A stretch of 64,000 bases of DNA from Patescibacteria group bacterium (GTDB taxonomy: Bacteria; Patescibacteriota; Patescibacteriia; JACRDY01): NCBI GenBank assembly GCA_041650515.1, contig JBAZLA010000003.1, positions 30,819 to 94,818 of the forward strand. The letters are read 5' to 3'. Both the position numbers and the translations under genes were made by a program. The notes under the pieces are model-generated. The model was not told where the DNA came from and did no database searches. It saw only the letters and a list, made by a program, of their open reading frames with translations. Of this stretch, positions 35,406-44,349 are shown one piece after another. The number at the start of each line of letters is the position of its first letter. The first letter of the stretch is position 1.

Positions 35406-37085
35406 ATGCCAACTTGCAAAAATTGCCAAAAGGAGTTCATTATTGGCCTGATTGGTCAGCGGATTTTAGCTACGCTCAAATTTCCCGAGCCGGCGGTTTG
35501 CGATGTTTGCGCGATGCGGCTGATGATGGCTTATCGCAATGAGCGGACTTTTTATCCGCGGCAGTGCGATTCGTGCCATAAACAGATTATTAGTATGTAT
35601 CCGCAAAAAACGCCGTTTACTGTTTACTGTCGTGATTGTTGGTGGGGCGACAGTTGGGGCGGTTTAAATTTTAGTCGAGGATATAGCGGACCGGAGAATT
35701 TTTTTATTGAGCTCAAAGAGCTCCAGCGGCAAGTGCCCCGCGAAGCTCTAGTCAACCTTAACAGTCTGGACTGCGAATACAGCAATCATATCCGTGATTC
35801 TAAAAGTTGCTATATGTGTTCGCTCTGTTCCGACCAGTGTGAAGAATGTTTTCATTGCTATTGGATTGTGACAGTTAAAGATTCGGCTGATTGCTACTAC
35901 GGCCGTGATTGTGAGCGTTGCTATTTTTGTGTGGTTATTTGGCGGAGTTATAATTGTTCTTATTTATTAGAAGCTGAAGATTGTTTAGATTGCCATTATT
36001 GTTATGACCTGCGTGGCTGTAAAAATTGTTTTCTTAGTAGCAACCTGCGCAATCAATCTTATGTTTTTGCCAATAAACAATTAACCAAGGCAGAATATGA
36101 AGCCAAAGTTAAAGGATTGCGGCTAGGCAGTTATGCTCAGTCGCAGGAATATTGGCAAAAGTGGCAGGAATTGATCAAAAATTCCTTACACCAATATTCT
36201 TATCAAACTAAATGCGAAAACTGTACCGGCGACAATATGCAGAACTGCGTTAACGTTGAGCTGGGCTATAATACTTTTGAAACCGAGAATGCTTGGAATT
36301 CAGCCAGCCTGCTTTTCGCCCGTAATGTTTTTAATGGTTTTGCGATTGGCAGCCAACCAGTTGATTGGGCGAGCAATGTTGCGGTTATTAAGGGCGGCAG
36401 TCAGGTAGTTAGCTGCTATAATACGGTTTTCTCCAGTGATATTTATTTTTGTGAAAATTCGGTTTCTTGTCTGGATTGCTTAGGTTGTATTGGATTGCAC
36501 AAAAAAAAGTTTTGTATTTTAAACAAGCAGTACAGTGAGGACGAATATTATAAGATTAAAAAGGAACTTATTGAATATTGGACCAAGACTGGCCTAATCT
36601 CGGAATTTTTGCCTCAGGCAATGGCGGCTTTTGCTTACAACGAAACCGCGGCCCAGGATTTTTATCCGATGACTAAAGAAGAAGCCATTAAGTTTGGCTA
36701 TCGTTGGCAGGCAGAAATGCCGGGAACTTTTGGTAAAGAAACGTTTGAAGCGGAACAGATTCCGGATGATATTAACGAAGTTAAAGAGGATATTACTGAT
36801 CAAGTTTTAAGCTGTACAAAGTGCGGAAAAAACTATAAGGTAATTAAACAAGAGTTGAAATTGTATCGAGCATTGAATATTCCCATACCAAGAATTTGTC
36901 AGCATTGTCGTCATCGCCAACGTTTGGACCTAATGGGGGATCGTAATCTAACCGAGCGGCAGTGTGATTGTCAGTCAACTAGCCATAAACATGATGGTCG
37001 ATGTTCGAATCGGCTGGTTACCAAATATAAAACCGGAGAAAAGAATGTTTATTGCGAGGAGTGCTATCAAAAGGAAATATATTAA
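35406..37085 (+). CDS. Cys-rich double-zinc-ribbon repeat protein, paralog 5
   Basis: MPTCKNCQKEFIIG...; C-terminal CTKCGKNYKVIKQEL...YCEECYQKEIY. Confidence 0.75.
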   Translation: MPTCKNCQKEFIIGLIGQRILATLKFPEPAVCDVCAMRLMMAYRNERTFYPRQCDSCHKQIISMYPQKTPFTVYCRDCWWGDSWGGLNFSRGYSGPENFFIELKELQRQVPREALVNLNSLDCEYSNHIRDSKSCYMCSLCSDQCEECFHCYWIVTVKDSADCYYGRDCERCYFCVVIWRSYNCSYLLEAEDCLDCHYCYDLRGCKNCFLSSNLRNQSYVFANKQLTKAEYEAKVKGLRLGSYAQSQEYWQKWQELIKNSLHQYSYQTKCENCTGDNMQNCVNVELGYNTFETENAWNSASLLFARNVFNGFAIGSQPVDWASNVAVIKGGSQVVSCYNTVFSSDIYFCENSVSCLDCLGCIGLHKKKFCILNKQYSEDEYYKIKKELIEYWTKTGLISEFLPQAMAAFAYNETAAQDFYPMTKEEAIKFGYRWQAEMPGTFGKETFEAEQIPDDINEVKEDITDQVLSCTKCGKNYKVIKQELKLYRALNIPIPRICQHCRHRQRLDLMGDRNLTERQCDCQSTSHKHDGRCSNRLVTKYKTGEKNVYCEECYQKEIY

Positions 37086-37088
37086 AAT

Positions 37089-38744
37089 ATGCCCGTTTGT
37101 CGACAATGTAAAAATTCGTTTGAATATCATCAGTCAGATCTTTTGTTTTATAAAAAGATTGATGTACCATCGCCCTTAGATTGCCCGGATTGTCGGCATC
37201 GTCAACGATCGGTTTGGCGTAATTCTTGTAAACTTTATCAGCGGCGATGTGATTTATGCAAAAAAAATATTGTTTCGGTTTTTTCAGCCGATAAGCCATA
37301 TTTAGTTTATTGTCATGATTGTTGGTTTTCAGATAAATGGGATGGCACTAGCTATAGTCGTGATTTTGATTTTTCTCGTCCATTTTTTTCTCAATTTGAA
37401 GAATTGGTCCTCGCCGCTCCTCAGTTGGCCATCAATAATGTTAATTCAGTTAATTCGGAATATACTCACCATGCTTCACGGAATAAAAATTGTTATTTGC
37501 AATTTGAAGGTTCGACAGAATGTGAAGATTGTTATTATGGTTGGGCATCATTTAGATCAAAAGATTGTATTGATGTAGTTTTTTGTTATGATTCTGAACT
37601 CTGTTATGAGTGTTGTGATATTGAGAATTGCTATGATTGTTCCTTTACTGATTATTCGCGTGGCTGTCACGATTGTTATTTTTGTTATGATTGTGTTGGT
37701 TGTACCAATTGTTTTGGTTGTGTCAATTTACGCAATGTCAAAAATTATTTATGGAATAAACCAGCCAGCCCGGAGGAGATTAGTCGAATTAAAGAGGGAT
37801 TAGCTGCTTTCTCGGCCGCGGCTGATATTAGAAAAAAATTTATTGATATTAAGGCGTTAGCCGTGGTGGCGCCAGCTCATAGCTTTAAGATAACTAATTC
37901 CACCGGTGATTATATTCGTTATTGCAAAAATAGCCATGATATTTATGATCTTTATAATGTTGAAGATTGCGGTTATGTTATCAATGGTGAAAGTATCAAA
38001 GATGCTTATGACTGCAGTGGCTACGGTGGTACACCCAGCGAATTAGCTTATCAATGTATCTCCACCGGTCGTGGTTCTTATGGTACCTTTTTTGATTCTT
38101 TGACCTGGGAAAGTCGAAACGTCTGGTATAGCCATTGTATTTTTACTTGTCAAGAAATTTTTGGTTGTGCTAGTTTGCATCGTAAAAAATATTGCCTTTT
38201 TAATAAACAATATAATGAAGATGAATATACTGAGTTGAAGGATAAGATAGTTAAACACATGAAACAGACCGGAGAATGGGGAGAATTTTTTCCTTACCAA
38301 CTGTCTTTGTTTGGTTATAATGAAAGTCGGTCACAGCTCGATTTGCCATTAACTAAAGAACAAGCATTAAAGTTTGGCGCTAAATGGAAAGAAGAAGATA
38401 GCGGCGCTTTTGGTCGGGAGACTGCTAGCTGGGATAGAGTTCCTGAATCAATTAAAGAAATTCGAGAAGACATTAGTTCTGAAATTTTAACCTGTAGCCA
38501 GTGTTCCCGTAATTATAAAATTTTAAAACCAGAATTTAATTTTTATCAACGCCAAAGTATTGCCTTGCCGCGTTCTTGTCCTGATTGTCGCTTAGAGCGC
38601 CGGTTAAATAGCCGAAATCCCAAGCGGTTATGGCGTCGTCAATGTATGCATGAAGGCTGCCAGAACGAATTTGAGACCACTTATGCGCCGGATCGACCGG
38701 AGAAAGTTTATTGCCAGGAGTGCTATCAAAAAGAAATATATTAA
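37089..38744 (+). CDS. Cys-rich double-zinc-ribbon repeat protein, paralog 6
   Basis: 3-nt spacer after paralog 5. MPVCRQCKNSFEYHQSDLLFYKKIDVPSPLDCPDCR...; ends YCQECYQKEIY. Confidence 0.75.
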   Translation: MPVCRQCKNSFEYHQSDLLFYKKIDVPSPLDCPDCRHRQRSVWRNSCKLYQRRCDLCKKNIVSVFSADKPYLVYCHDCWFSDKWDGTSYSRDFDFSRPFFSQFEELVLAAPQLAINNVNSVNSEYTHHASRNKNCYLQFEGSTECEDCYYGWASFRSKDCIDVVFCYDSELCYECCDIENCYDCSFTDYSRGCHDCYFCYDCVGCTNCFGCVNLRNVKNYLWNKPASPEEISRIKEGLAAFSAAADIRKKFIDIKALAVVAPAHSFKITNSTGDYIRYCKNSHDIYDLYNVEDCGYVINGESIKDAYDCSGYGGTPSELAYQCISTGRGSYGTFFDSLTWESRNVWYSHCIFTCQEIFGCASLHRKKYCLFNKQYNEDEYTELKDKIVKHMKQTGEWGEFFPYQLSLFGYNESRSQLDLPLTKEQALKFGAKWKEEDSGAFGRETASWDRVPESIKEIREDISSEILTCSQCSRNYKILKPEFNFYQRQSIALPRSCPDCRLERRLNSRNPKRLWRRQCMHEGCQNEFETTYAPDRPEKVYCQECYQKEIY

Positions 38745-38745
38745 T

Positions 38746-40380
38746 ATGACTAATTGCAAAAATTGTAACCAGCCATTTACCATTTATCCTGAGGATCAAA
38801 CATTTTACAGCAAGATTGGTGTATCAGAGCCAACAGAGTGTCCTGATTGCCGTCAACAGCGAAGGATTGCTTGGCGTAATTTTACTAATCTTTATGTTCG
38901 TCAATGTGAGCTGACCGGTAAAGACGTCGTTAGCCGTTTCAGCCCGCAGAGCAAAATTAAGGTCATAAATATTTATGATTGGAATTCCGATAAGTGGGAT
39001 CCGATCCGTTATGGCCGCGATTATGATCTGAGCCGGTCTTTTTTTGAACAATTTGTTGAGCTTTATAAAGATATACCACACTCAGCGATTTGGACTAATA
39101 ATTGTCATAATTGTGACTATACTAATTTATCGGCCTATTCTAACAATTGTTATATGGTTTTTGGTTGCGTTGGTAATGAAGATTGTTATTATGGTCATAT
39201 TGTTTGGAACTCTCAGGATTGCCGGGAATGTCTGTATATTCGTAAATGTGAATTATGCTTTAAGTGTATTGATTGTAACGAATCTTATGGGCTTTTTTGG
39301 TGTAGTGACTGTAGCGGCTGCAACGACTGTAAGTATTGTTATTATTGCAAAGGCTGCCAGGATTGCGTGGGTTGTTACGGTTTGATTAATCAGCATCAAC
39401 ACGTTTTGAATAAACCTTGTGCTAATGATGAAGAATATCATCGTGAGGTTGAAAAGTTTATGGCTCTTGGCGAGGCGGTGAGACAAGCTAAGATTAATGA
39501 GCTTAGAAAAGTTATGCCGGTTCGGGAAAGTACCATCATCGGTTGTGTAAATTGTACTGGCAACTATATTTATCGTTCTAAAAATTGCCAAGATTGTTAT
39601 GACACCAAGGTCTCTGAAGATACAAGATATTGCTATACTCTTCAGAATGGGACAGAGACTTATGATTGTTGTTACACCGCCTGGGAAATTGAGTTGTCTT
39701 ATAATATCTTGGCCAGCTATGGCTATCGTTTACTCTGCTGCCAGGGTTGTTTGGAAAATTCTAGCGAGTTAGATTATTGCCAAGAATGCAACGCAATTAA
39801 GAATTGTTTTGGCTGTATTGGTTTGCACAACAAAGAGCAATATTATATTTTGAACAAAAAATATTCTGAAGCAGAATATAAAGAATTAAGAGATAAAATT
39901 ATTAGTGCTCTAACGGTGAGTGGAGAATGGGGAAGTTTTTTTCCAATTGCCTGTTCGCCCTTTGGCTATAATGAGACTATGGCAGCGGAGTATTATCCAC
40001 TGATCAAGGAAGCGGCGTTAGCTAAAGGGTATAATTGGCTTGATCCGGATCAGCGTGATTATCAAGAGCAAACTTATCAAGTTCCAATCAAGATTGAAGA
40101 GGTGCAGGATGATGTTTTAACAGCAGTTTTAGCTTGCGAGCGTTGTCGTCGTAACTATAAAATTATTAAACAAGAATTAGATTTTTACCGTAAGTACGGT
40201 CTGCCTCTTCCTCGTAAATGTTTCCATTGCCGTCATGCTGCGCGGATGGAGAAACGCAACCCGCGTAAATTGTTTGAGCGTTCCTGCGCTCATTGTAATA
40301 AGACTATCCGGACTACTTATGCGCTGGATCGACCGGAGAAAGTTTATTGTGAGGAGTGCTATAATAGAGAAGTTTATTAA
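38746..40380 (+). CDS. Cys-rich double-zinc-ribbon repeat protein, paralog 7 (TAATATG junction with paralog 6)
   Basis: MTNCKNCNQPFTIYPEDQTFYSKIGVSEPTECPDCR...; ends YCEECYNREVY. Confidence 0.75.
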   Translation: MTNCKNCNQPFTIYPEDQTFYSKIGVSEPTECPDCRQQRRIAWRNFTNLYVRQCELTGKDVVSRFSPQSKIKVINIYDWNSDKWDPIRYGRDYDLSRSFFEQFVELYKDIPHSAIWTNNCHNCDYTNLSAYSNNCYMVFGCVGNEDCYYGHIVWNSQDCRECLYIRKCELCFKCIDCNESYGLFWCSDCSGCNDCKYCYYCKGCQDCVGCYGLINQHQHVLNKPCANDEEYHREVEKFMALGEAVRQAKINELRKVMPVRESTIIGCVNCTGNYIYRSKNCQDCYDTKVSEDTRYCYTLQNGTETYDCCYTAWEIELSYNILASYGYRLLCCQGCLENSSELDYCQECNAIKNCFGCIGLHNKEQYYILNKKYSEAEYKELRDKIISALTVSGEWGSFFPIACSPFGYNETMAAEYYPLIKEAALAKGYNWLDPDQRDYQEQTYQVPIKIEEVQDDVLTAVLACERCRRNYKIIKQELDFYRKYGLPLPRKCFHCRHAARMEKRNPRKLFERSCAHCNKTIRTTYALDRPEKVYCEECYNREVY

Positions 40381-40389
40381 TAGCCAGAT

Positions 40390-40986
40390 ATGTCTTTGTC
40401 TCAATTACACAAAATTATTCGCGGTGTCCTAATTATTGCGCCAATTATGTTGGCCCTATTTTTAGTCCACCAAGATTTAGTTGTGTCAGGTCAGTTAGCC
40501 GCTGAGTATGATTTTAAGCATAATTCGCCGTTTATTCTGACTCTGGGCCCCAAAGAACGGATTTCGGAAATTCAGAAAGAAAATGGTGATTATTATCAAA
40601 GTTTGTATGATGATCCGATCTACTTTGATCTGCGGCTACCACGCAACTTTAAAATTGTTACTTTTTGGATTACTTATCGAGCTAATCCAGCTGGTCAGAT
40701 CAAACTGGCGGGTTTTGTTAATAAGGATCAGTGGCAATTTATTCAGCAGGAGTTTACTGAAGTAAAAGACTTGGGTAACGGTTGGCAGGAGGGTAAAGTG
40801 GTTTTTAATGTTTCCAAATTACCTTTTGTTAATCAAAAATATCAGATGATGATTTCTCTGACCGGAGAGAAAGGGAGTGTGCGCCAAGTAGATATTACTA
40901 ATATTCAGATTTTAGCTGAGCGTGAGCCGTTAACACTCGGTAATTTATTCTCTCGAATTGAGAAAAAAATAAATCGATATGAATAA
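40390..40986 (+). CDS. Hypothetical membrane-anchored protein
   Basis: N-terminal TM (LIIAPIMLALFLV) followed by a soluble domain. No family recognised. Confidence 0.4.
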   Translation: MSLSQLHKIIRGVLIIAPIMLALFLVHQDLVVSGQLAAEYDFKHNSPFILTLGPKERISEIQKENGDYYQSLYDDPIYFDLRLPRNFKIVTFWITYRANPAGQIKLAGFVNKDQWQFIQQEFTEVKDLGNGWQEGKVVFNVSKLPFVNQKYQMMISLTGEKGSVRQVDITNIQILAEREPLTLGNLFSRIEKKINRYE

Positions 40987-41170
40987 AGATCAATTTATTC
41001 GACAAATCATTCGCGACGTTTTTACTGTCTCAGTAATCACTTTGGTTTGTTTTGTTATTTTTGAGCTGATTAAATTTGGCTTCGTGATTAATTATTTTAA
41101 CCTTAATTTATTTTTATTTTGGTGTTTAATAATTGGTGTAGTTTATTTAATTATAGATAAGAAGGGTTAG
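40979..41170 (+). CDS. Small two-TM membrane protein (uncertain)
   Basis: 63-aa hydrophobic ORF overlapping the preceding stop by 8 nt. Confidence 0.25.
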   Translation: MNKDQFIRQIIRDVFTVSVITLVCFVIFELIKFGFVINYFNLNLFLFWCLIIGVVYLIIDKKG

Positions 41171-41172
41171 CT

Positions 41173-41598
41173 ATGATAATTACGCTTTGTGGTAGTGTTA
41201 AGTTTGCCGTGGAATTGGTTGATGTTTTTCATCAGCTGCAGCAGTTGGGGCACGAGCCTAAGATGGAAGAGCAAATGGCGCAGATCGCTGACGGCACGGC
41301 GCCAGAATTAATCGATGGGATTAAGAATGACCACGCTGAAGTTAAACGTAAATATGATTTTATTCGTCGGTGGTATCAGCTGATCTTAGGTAGCGATGCT
41401 ATTTTGGTCTGTAATTTTGATAAGGGTGAAATCAAAAATTATGTTGGTGGTAATACTCTGATGGAAATGGGTTTTGCTCATGTTAATAACAAGAAGGTTT
41501 TTTTACTTAATCCTATTCCGAATAATTTATCCTATACTTCAGAAATTAAAGCTATGACGGACGTGGTTATTAATGGTGATTTAACTAAAATTATTTAA
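41173..41598 (+). CDS. Nucleoside 2-deoxyribosyltransferase-like (Rossmann-like) protein, tentative
   Basis: ITLCGSVKF...ILVCNFD...GGNTLMEMGFAHVNNKKVFLLNP resembles NDT/DUF4406-type folds. Weak. Confidence 0.4.
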   Translation: MIITLCGSVKFAVELVDVFHQLQQLGHEPKMEEQMAQIADGTAPELIDGIKNDHAEVKRKYDFIRRWYQLILGSDAILVCNFDKGEIKNYVGGNTLMEMGFAHVNNKKVFLLNPIPNNLSYTSEIKAMTDVVINGDLTKII

Positions 41599-41603
41599 TT
41601 TTT

Positions 41604-42194
41604 ATGACCAAAATTATTTTAGCTACCACTTCGCCTTACCGAATTGCCGCTTTTAAAGAACTAAGCTTAGACTTTATCAGCGAAGGAAGTGATGTCGATG
41701 AAAAGTTTATTAACCGACCGACCAAGCCCCAGGAACTAGTTTTAACCCTAGCCCAGTTGAAAGCGGAAAACGTGGCTAAAAATCATCAAGAAGGTATCGT
41801 CATTGGCTTTGACTCCGTAGGTTACTTCCAGGGGCAGATTTTAGAGAAACCGCAGTCAGTGGCCGAGGGCAGAGAGAGACTGATCAAATTATCAGGTCAG
41901 AAGTACTTTTTTTATACTGGAGTTTGGCTGATTAATCTAGATAATCAGCGAGTTATTTCTCGTGCGGTGGAGACAGAAATAGATATGCGCCAGTTGAGTG
42001 AAGCAGAAATTGATAAATATATTGCCCAGGATCCTAATTTTAAGACTTATGCCCATGGTTATGATCCGGTTGGCCACTATAGCTCCACCTTTGCTCTAAA
42101 ACTGGTTGGGAGTTATAATAATTTTAGCTTAGGTATTCCGCTTGAGGCGATAGCGGAGATGTTAATTGAGACCGGTTACAAAATAACAAAATAA
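41604..42194 (+). CDS. maf: Maf-like nucleoside triphosphate pyrophosphatase
   Basis: ILATTSPYRIAAFKELSLDFISEGSDVDE matches the Maf N-terminal signature. Confidence 0.7.
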   Translation: MTKIILATTSPYRIAAFKELSLDFISEGSDVDEKFINRPTKPQELVLTLAQLKAENVAKNHQEGIVIGFDSVGYFQGQILEKPQSVAEGRERLIKLSGQKYFFYTGVWLINLDNQRVISRAVETEIDMRQLSEAEIDKYIAQDPNFKTYAHGYDPVGHYSSTFALKLVGSYNNFSLGIPLEAIAEMLIETGYKITK

Positions 42195-42195
42195 T

Positions 42196-42648
42196 ATGAT
42201 TGAAGACGTAATTATCAAAAAACTAGAAAAATACAGTGATGAGCGGGGTTGGTTAGTAGAGATTTATCGCGCTGATGAGCTTAATTTTGCGCCGGCCATG
42301 GCTTATATCTCTCAGACCAAGCCCGGAGTCGCTCGTGGGCCGCACGAACACAAAGGGCAGTCGGATGCTTTTGTTTTTGTTGGGCCGGGCACTTTTCGGC
42401 TCTTCCTCTGGGATAATCGGCAGGGTAGTAAGACTTATGGTGAGAGGCTAGAAGAAGATTTTGGTCAAGACAATCCGGCTTTAGTGATTATTCCGCCAGG
42501 AGTGGTCCATGGTTATAAATGTGTTTCTGATATTTTTGGGCAAGTGATTAATTTGCCAGACAGGCTTTATCGTGGTCAGAATAAACAAGATGATGTTGAT
42601 GAGATCAGATGGGAAAAAGATCCTAATTCACCATTTAAAATTGATTAA
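42196..42648 (+). CDS. RmlC-like cupin (dTDP-sugar 3,5-epimerase or 3,4-ketoisomerase family)
   Basis: ERGWLVEIYR...RGPHEHKGQSDAFVFVGPGTFRLFLWDNR resembles the RmlC/FdtA core. Short (150 aa). Confidence 0.55.
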   Translation: MIEDVIIKKLEKYSDERGWLVEIYRADELNFAPAMAYISQTKPGVARGPHEHKGQSDAFVFVGPGTFRLFLWDNRQGSKTYGERLEEDFGQDNPALVIIPPGVVHGYKCVSDIFGQVINLPDRLYRGQNKQDDVDEIRWEKDPNSPFKID

Positions 42649-42650
42649 TT

Positions 42651-43229
42651 ATGTTTGAAGCCGCTGACAAATTACATCCTCAAGATAAATTATTAAAACC
42701 GTTGGTTAGCCTGATACCTAAAGGTATTTTGCCTAATCATTTAACTGTTTTTCGCATGTTGGGTACGCCGTTAGTTTGGTATTTTTTAACGATTGATGAG
42801 TATTTTTGGGGTTTAATTTGGTTTTTGATTTTGGCATTTACCGATGCTTTAGACGGTGCCATGGCCCGGTTGCGTAGCCAAATTACCGTTTGGGGCAAAT
42901 TTTACGATCCGGTCGCCGACAAATTATTAGTTGTTAGCACGGTGATTATGATTATGGTTAAAAGGATAAACATCTTTATCTCGATCGCTATTATTTTTTT
43001 GGAGCTAGTTACTATCATGGGCGGGATAATTAGGAAAAAACGCAATATTGTTGTTCCAGCTAATAAGTGGGGTAAGATCAAAATGTTATTACAGACTGTT
43101 GGCGTTGGGTTAGTTTTGCTTGGTCTTTATTTAGATGTGCCTATTCTTTTTTTATATTCAACCCCGGCTTTTGGCTTGGCAATAATCTTTGCTATCCTTA
43201 GTTTATTGGCTGAGGGTTTTAAATCTTAA
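42651..43229 (+). CDS. CDP-alcohol phosphatidyltransferase family protein
   Basis: DALDGAMAR...G...YDPVADK (D-G-x2-A-R...G-x3-D-x3-D motif). Multi-TM. Confidence 0.7.
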   Translation: MFEAADKLHPQDKLLKPLVSLIPKGILPNHLTVFRMLGTPLVWYFLTIDEYFWGLIWFLILAFTDALDGAMARLRSQITVWGKFYDPVADKLLVVSTVIMIMVKRINIFISIAIIFLELVTIMGGIIRKKRNIVVPANKWGKIKMLLQTVGVGLVLLGLYLDVPILFLYSTPAFGLAIIFAILSLLAEGFKS

Positions 43230-43238
43230 AAAACAGAT

Positions 43239-44255
43239 ATGAAACTTTTAGTAACTGGTGGCGCCGGCTTTATTGGCTCAAACTTTATCCTTTATTGGCT
43301 AAAAAAATATCCTCGGGATCAGATTTTAAATTTGGACAGTTTAACATACGCTGGTAATTTAGAAAATTTGGTCGCAGTTGAAAAAAATGAAAATTATCGT
43401 TTTATTAAAGGTGACATTTGCGACCCGGCGGTGGTTAATCGATCGATGAAGGGGATCGATATTGTAGTTCATTTCGCGGCCGAATCACATGTTGACCGAT
43501 CGATTTTGGGTCCAGCAGTGTTTATCAAGACCAATATTATAGGGACTCAAGTGTTGCTTGATGTGGCTTTTAAAAATAAGGTTAAACGCTTTCATCACGT
43601 TTCGACCGATGAGGTGTTCGGTGCACTACGGCTGGGCACAAAAGAAAAGTTTGACGAAGACACGCTTTATGACCCACGTAGCCCATATTCAGCTTCTAAA
43701 GCCGCTTCGGACCACCTGGTACGGGCTTATGCCCATACTTTTAATCTGCCGTTTACAATTACTAATTGTTCCAATAACTTCGGCCCGTACCAATTTCCAG
43801 AAAAATTGATTCCATTAGCTATAACCAATTTGATTGAGGGTAAGAAAGTGCCAATCTATGGCGATGGGCTTTATGTTCGCGATTGGCTCTATGTTGATGA
43901 CCACTGCCGGGCAATTGATTTAGTTATTAAGCGCGGCAAGGTGGGAGAAACGTATTGTATTGGTGGGATGACTAAAGATGTTAGTAATCTGGAATTGGTA
44001 GAAAAAATTCTAAAAATTATGGGTAAAGATAAAAGCTATTTAGAATATGTTAAAGATCGGCCCGGGCATGATCGGCGGTATGCGGTTGATTGGTCTAAAG
44101 CTAAGAGAGAACTTGGCTATCGACCAGAGTATGATTTTGATACTTATTTGAAAAAGACTATAAAATGGTATTTGGACAATCCGGCCTGGCGGCAACGGGT
44201 TAAATCAGGGGAATACCAGAAGTATTATAAAAAGCAATACGGTTCCAATAAATAG
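43239..44255 (+). CDS. rmlB: dTDP-glucose 4,6-dehydratase
   Basis: MKLLVTGGAGFIGSNF (Rossmann), YSASKAASD (YxxxK), conserved C-terminal region. Confidence 0.85.
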   Translation: MKLLVTGGAGFIGSNFILYWLKKYPRDQILNLDSLTYAGNLENLVAVEKNENYRFIKGDICDPAVVNRSMKGIDIVVHFAAESHVDRSILGPAVFIKTNIIGTQVLLDVAFKNKVKRFHHVSTDEVFGALRLGTKEKFDEDTLYDPRSPYSASKAASDHLVRAYAHTFNLPFTITNCSNNFGPYQFPEKLIPLAITNLIEGKKVPIYGDGLYVRDWLYVDDHCRAIDLVIKRGKVGETYCIGGMTKDVSNLELVEKILKIMGKDKSYLEYVKDRPGHDRRYAVDWSKAKRELGYRPEYDFDTYLKKTIKWYLDNPAWRQRVKSGEYQKYYKKQYGSNK

Positions 44256-44349
44256 TATGCGGTATACAGTATATAGGGGCTAAGTCCAACAATCCGTGGA
44301 AATCAATTCCTGCATACTGTATACTAAGACCCGTATACTGCTAGAAAAT

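Noticed and set aside
35175-35451. ORFs 35175-35429(-), 35190-35393(+), 35266-35451(+), 35111-35341(-) between paralogs 4 and 5; similarly 29796-29981, 31490-31735(-), 31626-31871, 31876-32265(-), 31943-32284, 33352-33670(-), 33507-33875
   Set aside because: They run through the GC-rich palindromic repeats and into the ends or starts of the flanking real genes. Palindromes generate open frames on both strands. They are not credible proteins.
44256-44340. LexA/SOS-box reading of catactgtatactaag / ggtatacagtatata upstream of paralog 8
   Set aside because: The sequences are palindromic around CTGTATAC but do not fit CTGT-N8-ACAG spacing. The same GTAC-rich motif also occurs downstream of unrelated genes. 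More likely an AT-rich hairpin or repeat.
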